Sequence record: NC_003214.2
Length of the DNA: 40,900 nt
Strand: one strand, 5' to 3'
Below are positions 23,923-34,499 of this stretch, piece by piece (position 1 is the stretch's first letter; the number at the start of each line of letters is the position of its first letter). The notes beneath the pieces are model-generated. The model did not search any database, was not told the origin of the DNA, and worked only from the letters and a program-made list of their open reading frames with translations. A program made the position numbers and the translations under genes.

Positions 23923-24240
23923 ATGAAAATAGTAACATACGTAACTACATCTAATAAGAATGTGAAACCAAAATGGGCTGACTTAGTATTCAGCATACCA
24001 CAGGTGGATTTAAAAACAGCATTGGTAACGGTAGCTCATATTAACGATGATGTATTATTACTAAGAAATGACGTAAATGTGTTAAACAAGGACGTAATAG
24101 TACGGTTTTTCAAGTCATTTAAAACATCAGCAGTTGTAAAGTATGGCAACGAAGTGATAGGGTATTATTTGACACGTGCTGATAAATCAAGTCGTATGAC
24201 GCCAACACTAACGGTGACGCATTACGCTCTTAAAGTCTGA
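23923..24240 (+). CDS. Hypothetical protein (105 aa), degenerate GT-A-like paralog of 23209-23874
   Basis: [14 protein letters not shown] vs [13 protein letters not shown]; VTHY vs VCHY. Confidence 0.7.
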
Positions 24241-25131
24241 TAATATTTTTTCTTCTATGTTAGGCATCTCAAACTCTTTACTTTTTTCTAATGCCTTTGC
24301 ACTTAATTCATCATAGCAACTAGTCTTTATGCATTCACGTGCTTCTTGTAACGCATTACGTACATCGCTATCACGTATGAGGTAGTTATCCATCTTACCA
24401 TACGATGTTTCTTCAATTATTACATCATATGGGTCAATTGGTATACCTACAGCGTATTCCTTAAACGCGAACGCATTAACGTATACAGCAGGCGTTCCAA
24501 CTGACATTGATTCCATTAATGGTAACCCAAATCCCTCATTCTTAGATAGAGATAAATAGAAATACGACTTATGTAATAGCCTATATTTCTCTCGTTCATC
24601 AAGAGTATAACTACGCATGTCGAAGTCTCCTACATTAGATATTACTAGTGTTGAATTTCTCATATTAAGTTGCCGTAAAATATCTAGAGTATACTTTACA
24701 CGTTTACGTATAGCAGTACCGTCGCCCGGTTCACTAGCTAATACAGTAAATAGATACTCTTTTTTTACATTTGATGCACGTTCATCATAAGCGACTTGGT
24801 TAAATGGTGGTCGTAGTACACCATCTACATGTATTGTACCGTTTAACAATTTCTTAACGTAATGCGACGTAACATATACTTTTGCACGACGCATATCACA
24901 ACCATGTTCTACGTAATACGGTGAATCTATCCATACTATCATGGGTCTATCCTTGTATATGCAACTATATGTCTCGATAAAACTCTTTGCGTCTGTTATA
25001 TTGAAATATGAAGGTGACAATAATGATTGTATTAGTATATATTTCTTAAACCTCTGTTTGACATTATTAAAAATAACAAAAAACCCACATTTAACGCATG
25101 GTACGTGCGTTATTATTTCACGTAATAACAT
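24208..25131 (-). CDS. GT-B (GT4) glycosyltransferase; ATG 25131
   Basis: [18 protein letters not shown]. Confidence 0.92.
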
Positions 25132-25169
25132 ACACAAAATTTATTGTACCGGTAGTTAAATTATTAATT

Positions 25170-25520
25170 ATGTCTGCAATTGCCGGTGTTATAGCTGGTG
25201 CATTTGGTGGAGGAATAGGTGGAGTAGGTGACGCCATAGGTACCATAATTGGAGATTTGGAAAGAGCGATAGCAAGATTTGGTGGATCTATAGTAAATGC
25301 ATTTAAGACAGTAATTGACAAAATATTAACATTAGCAGTGAGAATAGGTAGAATAATTGAGAAGTACTTTAGAATAGCCGTACATTACATAGTACTATTC
25401 CTACGTCTTGCTTATAGATACATGTATTCATTTTACACTGAATTTCAAAAAGATCCGTGGCGATCACTACAATTTGTAGGTAGTATGGCTATATTACTTA
25501 ATAACTCATTGTTTCCATGA
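25170..25520 (+). CDS. Amphipathic/hydrophobic protein (116 aa; ATG 25170 preferred over 25098)
   Basis: G-rich hydrophobic N-terminus, amphipathic helices; TATA at ~25136-25145. Confidence 0.8.
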   Translation: MSAIAGVIAGAFGGGIGGVGDAIGTIIGDLERAIARFGGSIVNAFKTVIDKILTLAVRIGRIIEKYFRIAVHYIVLFLRLAYRYMYSFYTEFQKDPWRSLQFVGSMAILLNNSLFP

Positions 25521-25530
25521 GGTGATGTAA

Positions 25531-25923
25531 ATGTCTGAACCAAATCAACTAACAAGAGATCAAATGACGGAAATAGTGAAAAACATAGTAGTATCCGTTG
25601 ACGTAAACGAAAACGCGGTAGTGATATCAGCAAAGAGATTATTGTCATACTTCCTGAAGAATGTGGAAGGTCTTGAAAAGATTCTTAAAGTGGATGTAGA
25701 CAAAGATAACAGTATAGTAGTTTACGCGTCAGTGAAACCAACAAATCCAAATCTGAAGTCAATAATATTAAAGGTAGCTGTAAAAGAATCAGCTTTTAAC
25801 CTAAGTCAGTTTAAACATGAAATTATTAAAGCAGGGGATGACGTGAACATAAAGATATATGTACAGCAGAACGAGAGCAGAACATTAGCCAAGAACAGTA
25901 GTGAAGAAGAGGTCGACTTTTAA
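25531..25923 (+). CDS. Hypothetical protein (130 aa)
   Basis: GAGGTGA SD. Confidence 0.88.
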   Translation: MSEPNQLTRDQMTEIVKNIVVSVDVNENAVVISAKRLLSYFLKNVEGLEKILKVDVDKDNSIVVYASVKPTNPNLKSIILKVAVKESAFNLSQFKHEIIKAGDDVNIKIYVQQNESRTLAKNSSEEEVDF

Positions 25924-26621
25924 TGTCATATACAACACCTACCTATACTGCGTCAGTATCAAATGATATACTGCGTTATATGATGGCTTACGCAACAGGT
26001 AACGATGGTTGTATACAGTCAATGTCAGCATTATTTCAGTCATCAGGTGAAAGTATAATAGCATATAATGTGAGTGCATCTTCCACAACACAGGCTGGAT
26101 TCTTCTTTCAACTTCAAAATGTGCCACAAGGAATTGGAGTACAAATAGTATTTTTTTCCACTACAATACCTCAAAACACGTTTTTCATTGATCTTAGGTT
26201 TACTACGACACAAGGTAATACATATCAACTGGCACAAGTCAACACATTGCCACCAAATACGAATTATGCATTAGTGATAATTGTATCACTTACAATCACC
26301 GTACAACCTGCATCAAATGTAAATATATCACCTCTCTTACAAGCATTTACATCATTCGCTTCCAATCAATGTGCAACAGCACAACCACCATCGTTGTCAT
26401 ATACAGGAAATGGATTTACTGTATTCTATGAAAACACTTATACAAGTGGAATTACATTTAATGCTATACTTATTGCTCAAAATACATTAACTTCATCAAA
26501 TACAATACAAATAACAGCTACTATAAACGGTAATGTAGTAGCTACAGCTACTATATCTACACCAGCACTCGGATACGCGTACTTTTTATTCACATTAACA
26601 TTAGTATTTACAAGTGAGTGA
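25923..26621 (+). CDS. S/T/N/Q-rich beta protein, putative virion terminal structure (232 aa)
   Basis: TAATG coupling; member of a seven-gene paralog family. Confidence 0.88.
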   Translation: MSYTTPTYTASVSNDILRYMMAYATGNDGCIQSMSALFQSSGESIIAYNVSASSTTQAGFFFQLQNVPQGIGVQIVFFSTTIPQNTFFIDLRFTTTQGNTYQLAQVNTLPPNTNYALVIIVSLTITVQPASNVNISPLLQAFTSFASNQCATAQPPSLSYTGNGFTVFYENTYTSGITFNAILIAQNTLTSSNTIQITATINGNVVATATISTPALGYAYFLFTLTLVFTSE

Positions 26622-27616
26622 AGTTGAAACTTGTGGAAATATCTTCTATTATACGTGGTGGAGCAAACATTTACGTCAACAATAAACTCGTAGCTACAAC
26701 TCATAATAATGTAACACCATCGTTTATACTATCCCTCATAAAGTCAATTATCGGAGTGTCGGCAATATATGGCGGGTATTTCGAAATGCCATCTACAGCT
26801 ACTGCAAAGTTGTTTTACAAGAATACACCAGTCACGTCAGCCGTGTTATCTCATACATCGTTCACAGAAGAGACCATATCAGGGTATGAGCACACTCGAA
26901 TCATATTTACATTTAGTGACGCATCTCGTACAAAGTACTCGTTTGACTCATTGCAATTGTGGACAGCGTCAACACATGCATTGTTATCACATGTAAGTGA
27001 TATAGCATTGACATCACCACTGAAGAAGAACCCACAAGATGTCGTTCAAATTGATTGGTGGATAGAAATGGAATCAGGTCAGCCATTTGCTAATATATTG
27101 TCATACTTACAACAACAACAAGCGACATACTGTACGTCGTCATGCACCATACCGTCAGTTGTGCCAAACATGGTATATGGGTACAGCGTATTCAATGCGT
27201 TTTTCATCTTACTTGCACTACCTAATGTCATACAAGTTGCAAGAGATATCAAAACGCCACTTACAAACTATCTTGTAGAGGGTCTTACACTTGCTAGCCA
27301 GGTGAAACCACAGGGAATAACATCTGTAATATGTTATGATGTTTGCAATTGCCAAATGACAACAAACCCTCAACAGGGTACTGTTAGTGAGTTCATAGGT
27401 GATAATTATGTATACGTAGCGTTTAACTTCAATAATCCATGTCCATCATCAGAATACGTTGTGCCAATATCGACTCTTGATTTAGGCAATGGGTATGAAT
27501 TACAGTTCGCTGTAGCTGGTGTTCCGTCTAACGGCACTGGTGCGTCAGCATTACTAATAAAAATACCATACGGGAAAGCTACACTTAAGAACTTGTTTAC
27601 TCATCAGGGTGAGTAA
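26618..27616 (+). CDS. S/T/C-rich beta protein, putative virion terminal structure (332 aa, GTG)
   Basis: GTGA overlap; YSFDSLQLW...KNPQDVVQIDWWIE family motif. Confidence 0.88.
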   Translation: MKLKLVEISSIIRGGANIYVNNKLVATTHNNVTPSFILSLIKSIIGVSAIYGGYFEMPSTATAKLFYKNTPVTSAVLSHTSFTEETISGYEHTRIIFTFSDASRTKYSFDSLQLWTASTHALLSHVSDIALTSPLKKNPQDVVQIDWWIEMESGQPFANILSYLQQQQATYCTSSCTIPSVVPNMVYGYSVFNAFFILLALPNVIQVARDIKTPLTNYLVEGLTLASQVKPQGITSVICYDVCNCQMTTNPQQGTVSEFIGDNYVYVAFNFNNPCPSSEYVVPISTLDLGNGYELQFAVAGVPSNGTGASALLIKIPYGKATLKNLFTHQGE

Positions 27617-27617
27617 T

Positions 27618-28661
27618 ATGTCAAGTACTTCAACATCCGTCACACAACCAGCATATACAGAAGCGTTCATGTCAGCTATTGCTACATCAGTAACTGGCGT
27701 AAACGTAAGCCAATACCCATCACCCTCAGGCTATCATGTTTATTTGTCAAGCCAGACTGGTATCGTCGACAACACGACCGACGTTAGTGTGTATAATGTG
27801 TCCGACACATACCAGAATAATAATGAAGTTACATCAGTTACATTTATAGCAATATTTAAGAACTTAAGTAGTTACACATTTAGCGAGATTTTATTCTACA
27901 CACAGGTTAACGGACAAGATTTCATGCAAGTAGCCCAATTCATACCCTCGTCTGCCATACAAAAATCGTCTGGTTACGCATTAGTAATTATGATTACGCT
28001 CTCAATAGCCACACCTGTATATATTATAGATGCCATACAAGATGTGCAACAATTATGTACAAATTATTGTATAAACGTAAACTGTAACGCAGTAGGCGGT
28101 AACATAGAAACCTCGTATTTACCATTTTCACTATTTAATCTTGTCTTTTTGTATCTATTAGGTGTAAACACCAACACAGTAGAACAATCACCAAGTACCC
28201 AACAAACAGCTTCTGAATATGCTAACTGTATAAATAGTTGTGTGCAATATTGTGGTACTAATACAGGACTTGAATGTATAGCATGTCTATCTAGTTGTCG
28301 TACGTATTTACTTGAAAATCCATTATTCACATTTCTGTTAGCGAATAATATACAAAATGTGATGGAGCTATTACCACAAGGTATAAACACTATATATACT
28401 GTTAACGTATGCAGTGGTAAAGTAGCAACACTCACACCTCAAAATTTTCAGAATAACTTAAATGTTGTTTCACAGTCAGAAATACAATATACCATACAGT
28501 TCTACTTACCAGGTACTAACGAATTATTTAATGCATTACAGATAATGATATCTACATTAAACACAAACTATAACTATAGTCTTGGTGTATTATATTTCAC
28601 AGGTGTCCCATTGCCTTCCGGAGAAACCTTTATACTTGAGGTGACCGTGAGTGAAAGTTAA
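27618..28661 (+). CDS. Cys-rich beta protein, putative virion terminal structure (347 aa; ATG 27618)
   Basis: GGGTGA SD; YTFSEILFY...KSSGYALVIMITLSI; Cys cluster. Confidence 0.88.
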   Translation: MSSTSTSVTQPAYTEAFMSAIATSVTGVNVSQYPSPSGYHVYLSSQTGIVDNTTDVSVYNVSDTYQNNNEVTSVTFIAIFKNLSSYTFSEILFYTQVNGQDFMQVAQFIPSSAIQKSSGYALVIMITLSIATPVYIIDAIQDVQQLCTNYCINVNCNAVGGNIETSYLPFSLFNLVFLYLLGVNTNTVEQSPSTQQTASEYANCINSCVQYCGTNTGLECIACLSSCRTYLLENPLFTFLLANNIQNVMELLPQGINTIYTVNVCSGKVATLTPQNFQNNLNVVSQSEIQYTIQFYLPGTNELFNALQIMISTLNTNYNYSLGVLYFTGVPLPSGETFILEVTVSES

Positions 28662-29577
28662 AGTTAGGAGTTACTTTACAATTAGTGTTGAAGATAGAAC
28701 TAAACGACTACACAATACCTTGTCAGCTGAATATATATATTTAATTCAAGGTTTATTAACACAAGGTCAGTCATACAAAGCACCATATAGTGGTTATACT
28801 GTCGCTTTTACACCCCCATCGAACATGTACTTTGTATTTCTAAGCAATGGTGTCGTAGTTGCACGTTTCCCTGCAAAATTGTTATCGTATAATGAGAATA
28901 TAAATACTGTAAATGCTTCACAATGTCAAAATAATTTGACATCCTGTAATCTGAATAACCTATTGTTTAGTCTAGAGTATAGTTCCACTGATGAAACAAA
29001 TGATACATATACATTTGATGAAGTACAACTTTGGGCTGACAACGAGTACATGATAGCGTATGCCAGTGTAGGCACAACCACGAAGAACGTTAACACATTT
29101 GTACGTGTGACGTGGGATGCTATAGTGACAATAGAGTCTGATAACGTACTATATATACCCGGTTGTACAGACTTTTCACTTATGTTGAACTTACAGTTAC
29201 AGTTGAATAATTACCAACCCTATCTATGTTTGAACTTACCGTACATAATCGTCGCACTTACGCTTGTTCCATATTCACTTGTTCCGCAAAATACGTTCCT
29301 GTACACTCAGTTGTCTACGTTGCTAAAGATACTAAATATTTCTAGTACGCAACAATTACAATTACAAGGAGTGCAATATTATGTGGTAGGAAATACGGTA
29401 TATCCAATATCGCAACCTTATATAATTATTAATACTCAACAACCAAATACTATAACGCTATTCTTGTTATACGGTATCAATAATAACTACTTTATCTATA
29501 CAACTTCGTTATCCGTTACGATACAGTATTTTAAGTTATATATTCCTACGCTTACAATTAATATGGTAGAACAGTAA
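28651..29577 (+). CDS. Beta protein, putative virion terminal structure (308 aa, GTG)
   Basis: AGGTGA SD; YTFDEVQLW...[11 protein letters not shown]. Confidence 0.88.
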
Positions 29578-31352
29578 TGTCATTCCTACTTAACTTGGGT
29601 CAAGCGTTCTTCTCGGGACTGTCATCGATCGCAACTGGTGTCACATCAGACGTTACCAGTGTAGCCAATGGTATAAATTATGCATTTAACGTATTAGCGA
29701 ACTTTCTACAAAAATTACCTAGTGAAATTGCAACTTTCTTCCAGAGCATTCCAGGTGCGTTAATTGGGTTTGCACATACATTTGGTACTTACATATGGGA
29801 TGGCATGCAAAGGATTGCTAGTGGATTTACTGCAATAATGGCACCTATAGAACGTGGTCTTGAAACACTCGGGACAACAGTAATAAATGCGTTAACTGTT
29901 GTGTGGAATGACATAAAAGCGTTTGCCAGTGCAATATACAACTCCATCGTATCAATGATAAACAACATAGTGTCGTTCGTACAACCTTTTATAAATGATT
30001 TTAAAAATGCTATTAGCTTCGCCTATAACTTCTTGCTTAACGTCATCAATGACGTATACAGTGCGTTCACTATAATATCTAATTTCTTCCTTGATCTACC
30101 TACGTTCTTCCAGAACGCGTCGAACTACTTAAATTCACTGTTCACTGACCCAGGTAACCAACCCAACTTACTGACTATGGTACCTAACTTGGTCGCCAGT
30201 GAGGTATCACGTATTGCTGGTGCGTTTCCTGATGTGATAGCATATAATACGTTCATGGAAGTGCTACCAAAGATGGTGTCAGGTATTGCCAGTTCACCAA
30301 TTTTCGGTAATACTGTTAAGGGCATGTTTGCAAAGGCATTACTAATGGCTGGTTCACCAATATTATCTGCGTTATTATCAGAATTGACAAAGGCGTTGAT
30401 GCAATCATTATTCACATCTACTCAGACCACGCAAACTACCCAGAGACCATCTCAACCACAAATACAACCTCCAACTGCACCTTCTACACAATTACAACAG
30501 CGTAGTACACAACAAACTAGTCTAAGTGACTTGCAGAACTTACAAACACAACAATTGACTCCAACTCAAATTGAAGTACAACTTGAAAGACCTAATGTAA
30601 CTGGCGTGTTCACACAAGATGTAATAGGAATGGGGACTGCTAGCGGTGGCACGGCTAAACTAGTGACAGGATATATCAACTTCCAGAACAGTATTAAACA
30701 GTTTGAAGATGTGTTTAACATAACTGCTAGTTTCTTCATGGAGTTAATACAATCACTACAAACTGAGTTTAGTCAAGACATGGCTGTTAATGTATCACTA
30801 ACACTACTTGAGAACATATATCAAGTAAGTCAATCAATAGAAATAATACCATCAGTTGATGCTACAACAATTATTCTACCACCTGGTATATCATTATGTA
30901 ATCCATCACAAGCACCGTCGCCTTCTGAATCAACAAGTACGTCGACAAATTCAATAGATGTAACAACTACTGTAGATGTTACAGAAGAGCTATGCATACC
31001 ACCATACGACTTACTAGCTGATGGACTAACGACACAGTTCGCCGTTATAGCTCTTCTACATTCCAACATTTCTGATGTAATGCTGGCAATAACGCAACTC
31101 ATATATGGTATAACTTTCTCTAATTTAATATCTGACATACTATCTGCAACAACACAGTTAATGTATTCGATAACATCCAACATATCTACGTCAGACACTG
31201 TATCCGTAAGTGCGTCATTCACACCATCTCCACCGCCATCTGAGACATACACATATTATGTACCTATTGACATCGCCGTTACGTATACGATTCAAGTAGC
31301 ATCGTCAACAACTTATAGTGGTGCTCTAAGTTATACTGTGAGTACATCGTGA
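29577..31352 (+). CDS. Large amphipathic-helical plus P/Q/S/T-rich protein (591 aa), probable virion/membrane component
   Basis: TAATG coupling; tape-measure-like helical repeats in the N-terminal third. Confidence 0.9.
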
Positions 31353-31421
31353 GAAAAACCCACATTAGACTATCCAACTTAAGTGTTAAACTTTTTATTT
31401 TCTAATGCATAAATTAATGTA

Positions 31422-31796
31422 ATGAGTCAACCATCTAATAGTGGTGGTGGAGCTAGTAAGGGTATCGTAAAAATATTAATACTAGCAATGTTGGCAATAG
31501 GGATAATAGGACTACCTGTTGGCTTATACGAAATCGGGACATTAATCGCTACGCATATGGCGGTCGGTGACATTGAGAACGGTTATGCATACGGTGGTCT
31601 GATGAGTATTATATACAACGCAACGCATATATCACAATATCAACAGCTATCTCAAATACTTCCTGCTACTGGTGTAACTATGGGTACCCAAGATATTACC
31701 ACAATACAGATATTCCTATTATTGCTGGGTCTGTTCTTGGATGCACCGTTAGCATATATGACATATAATATTTATAGACATCTGGAAGACGAGTAA
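31422..31796 (+). CDS. Membrane protein with two TM segments (124 aa)
   Basis: [18 protein letters not shown] and [12 protein letters not shown]... Confidence 0.88.
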
Positions 31797-31886
31797 CTTT
31801 TTAAAAAGATATATATTTTTTTGGAATTAGGGATGATAGAAGAATAGCATAAAATTTATTCTACCATAACAAAGATTGTAATTAAG

Positions 31887-32525
31887 ATGTCCTCAAATCT
31901 TGCGTACCTCGTATACGAAAGTATGACATCAGGTCTTAGTAGCGTATCATTCTATGTTCTTGATACAAGCAATAATCAACATCCATTTCATGTCTTAGTA
32001 ACATCTGAAAACACATATTACTACTTTGACAGTAGCGAATCCGTATACATAGCTACGTCATTCAACATATCTGTTAATGGCAACGTCATACTTACTGTTA
32101 GTCTGAATAACTTACAAAAAACAGGCAATATGACGCTAATAGTAGTTGTGACGCTCGATATAGGAACATCATTACCAGGTAATCTAGGGACATACGTCAT
32201 ACAAGCAATTCAAGCATTGTTTGCCGGGGTACTCATAAACCTTGGCTGTTCTGCAACAGCATATTACACTATCGTTAATGAACAAACAGGGTCATCGTCA
32301 ACGGGCTCCACCGGTCTATCATTTAGTCTGACTAATGACTCTCAGTTCGTCGCATCAGGTAGTATATCATATTCACAATATGAAGTAGTTAATATCACAC
32401 AAATAATAATATCATGTTCAACAATTAATGTTAAGGAAAACATGATTACAAATACATTAACAAGTAGTGAATGCACATCATCTTCAGGCTGTACGTACAC
32501 AATAACCATTACGTTTACAAGTTAG
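31887..32525 (+). CDS. S/T-rich beta protein of the paralog family (212 aa)
   Basis: KTGNMTLIVVVTLDI family motif. Confidence 0.88.
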   Translation: MSSNLAYLVYESMTSGLSSVSFYVLDTSNNQHPFHVLVTSENTYYYFDSSESVYIATSFNISVNGNVILTVSLNNLQKTGNMTLIVVVTLDIGTSLPGNLGTYVIQAIQALFAGVLINLGCSATAYYTIVNEQTGSSSTGSTGLSFSLTNDSQFVASGSISYSQYEVVNITQIIISCSTINVKENMITNTLTSSECTSSSGCTYTITITFTS

Positions 32526-32557
32526 ATATATATTCCACTTTTTCATGATTGTATAAT

Positions 32558-32704
32558 ATGAAAAAGAACCTAAAAGCTAATGTAAAAGCTGATGTGAAAG
32601 TATACCTTGTCCCACGTGACCAGTTACAACTTGATAACAGTAAACCTATAAAACTTGATGACAAATACTTAGTATATGACAGTACTAAGACGAAAAAAAG
32701 GTGA
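32558..32704 (+). CDS. Small basic ORF (48 aa) [48 protein letters not shown], not in the ORF track
   Basis: Fills the operon gap; its stop lies within the AGGTGA SD of the next gene. Confidence 0.7.
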
Positions 32705-32709
32705 GTGGC

Positions 32710-33747
32710 ATGAAAAAGAATATTGTTGTACAGAATGAACTTGTACAAGTGAAAGGTAGAGTAAAAGCAATTACTATTAAGAAAGAAGATTTTAATGAGT
32801 TTCTTAAACTTACTACGCTTAGGGTATTTAACAAATCATATGATGTATTGATGCCACCTATAGATGACATGAAAAAGAATACGATAGATTTAAATGGTTT
32901 AACAATAGTTACACAAAATTACCTTAGCTTACTTTTATATCAATCTGGTGCTACAAGTCCATCTACAACAGCTCAAATTAACCTTAGTACATCATCAGGT
33001 TCGCCTGTCACATTGCAGTACTCAAGTAAAATTAATTCAAATTCACAAGGTTTAATGGTACTTTTACAAATATTTGAAGCAAATGGGAACTTAACATTTC
33101 AATATTATTTCATAGGATTTGATACCACAAATAGTTCATACAGTGCAACACAAGCCGAGCTTTATGCATCAGCATGGGTAAATACTTCAAATACAGGTAA
33201 TTATTGTGCAAGTGTAAACCCCGTTACAATGTATACCAATCTTGTACGCATTGCATATACTAACATTTCAATAACAAAATCAGCGACAGAATATTTGTTC
33301 ATGGTATGGTTGATAGAATTTGAAAATGTACCATCTTACGCTCCATTTGCTGTACCTATCTTTGCAAATGCGTTGAATCTGGCACCTATTGCAGAATCTA
33401 CAGCATGTGGTTCCCCACCTCCTTCTTCAGTTACGATCTATTTTTATAATGGTAACTGTAATTTCACATGTGGCGGTAATTGTCCAAATGGTGGATTAAG
33501 CTCATTCGTTGAATACATACAAAATAACGCCTTAACAGTTGAGTTTCCATTACAGGCTCCTATTCAAGGTGGTGCATCAAATCCAGAAGTATTTATATGT
33601 ACCACTTTAAATTTTACTTATACGAATAGTACTTCAGTTATTACCCAAATATCAGGTAATGAATCAACTACAGTCACACCACCAGTAAGCGGTGCCACAT
33701 TCTATGTAGCAATTGTTACAATTTCAATAACATACACAGTGTCGTAA
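32710..33747 (+). CDS. Beta protein of the paralog family (345 aa; ATG 32710)
   Basis: AGGTGA SD; YSATQAELY...KSATEYLFMVWLIEF. Confidence 0.88.
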   Translation: MKKNIVVQNELVQVKGRVKAITIKKEDFNEFLKLTTLRVFNKSYDVLMPPIDDMKKNTIDLNGLTIVTQNYLSLLLYQSGATSPSTTAQINLSTSSGSPVTLQYSSKINSNSQGLMVLLQIFEANGNLTFQYYFIGFDTTNSSYSATQAELYASAWVNTSNTGNYCASVNPVTMYTNLVRIAYTNISITKSATEYLFMVWLIEFENVPSYAPFAVPIFANALNLAPIAESTACGSPPPSSVTIYFYNGNCNFTCGGNCPNGGLSSFVEYIQNNALTVEFPLQAPIQGGASNPEVFICTTLNFTYTNSTSVITQISGNESTTVTPPVSGATFYVAIVTISITYTVS

Positions 33748-33748
33748 A

Positions 33749-34300
33749 ATGATAAACATAGAAAGAGTATTATATATTGTGTATTCATCATTACTTAATA
33801 ATATACCAACGTATGGTGCCATAGCAAATATAAACGGCTCGCCAATAAACCTTCAGGCGAAATATAGTAACAGCACGTTAACGTTACAAGGCGATATAAT
33901 AATTCAAGCAACAACAAACACATTAACTATAGAAATATACATAGGCAACTACCCAATAGACTCAATTTCATTAAACGTTGCATTAAGTCCTGGTACATAT
34001 ACACTCGTCTATACGCTAACAATAAATGACAGCACTGGTATAATAAACAACGCGTTTGGATATGCTGTCACTAACCAACTCAAAAGCGTGAGTATATCAA
34101 CAAACTCAACATTATACACAATCTCTTATACACAGAATATGTTAACATTCTACTTGGAATATACGTCATACCCAACCACAGTATCGATAACTGTAACATT
34201 TACACTGACTAACGGGAGTACTGTGACTGGTAGTTATAGCAATTCAATACAAGGCACAACTTTATATGGAATCGTGATACCTGTTACTTTTGAGGTGTAA
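33749..34300 (+). CDS. T/S/N-rich beta protein of the paralog family (183 aa)
   Basis: 1-nt gap to the upstream gene; SPGTYTLVYTLTI. Confidence 0.88.
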   Translation: MINIERVLYIVYSSLLNNIPTYGAIANINGSPINLQAKYSNSTLTLQGDIIIQATTNTLTIEIYIGNYPIDSISLNVALSPGTYTLVYTLTINDSTGIINNAFGYAVTNQLKSVSISTNSTLYTISYTQNMLTFYLEYTSYPTTVSITVTFTLTNGSTVTGSYSNSIQGTTLYGIVIPVTFEV

Positions 34301-34304
34301 ATAA

Positions 34305-34499
34305 ATGATATCCTATAAATATGGCGAAAAAGACAAAACATTGCATGTTAAGATTTATGTATTAATAGAACATGTGCCACAAAAACCCAGTGAAGAAGAG
34401 TTAAGAAAAGTGCTACCGAAGATACTGAAAGATTTCGCGAATATGGTTGAACAAGGCAAAATAAAAATCCTAGACAGCGATGAATGGGGTATATGGTGA
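34305..34499 (+). CDS. Hypothetical protein (64 aa)
   Basis: GAGGTG SD. Confidence 0.8.
   Translation: MISYKYGEKDKTLHVKIYVLIEHVPQKPSEEELRKVLPKILKDFANMVEQGKIKILDSDEWGIW

Noticed and set aside
17040-32870. Other nested or antisense track ORFs (e.g. 17040, 18637, 18845, 19725, 21037, 21321, 22282, 22831, 23222, 23301, 24941, 25118, 25445, 25939-27278 short ORFs, 28064, 30125, 30830, 32515, 32685)
   Set aside because: Overlap better-supported genes, low-complexity composition, no initiation signals.
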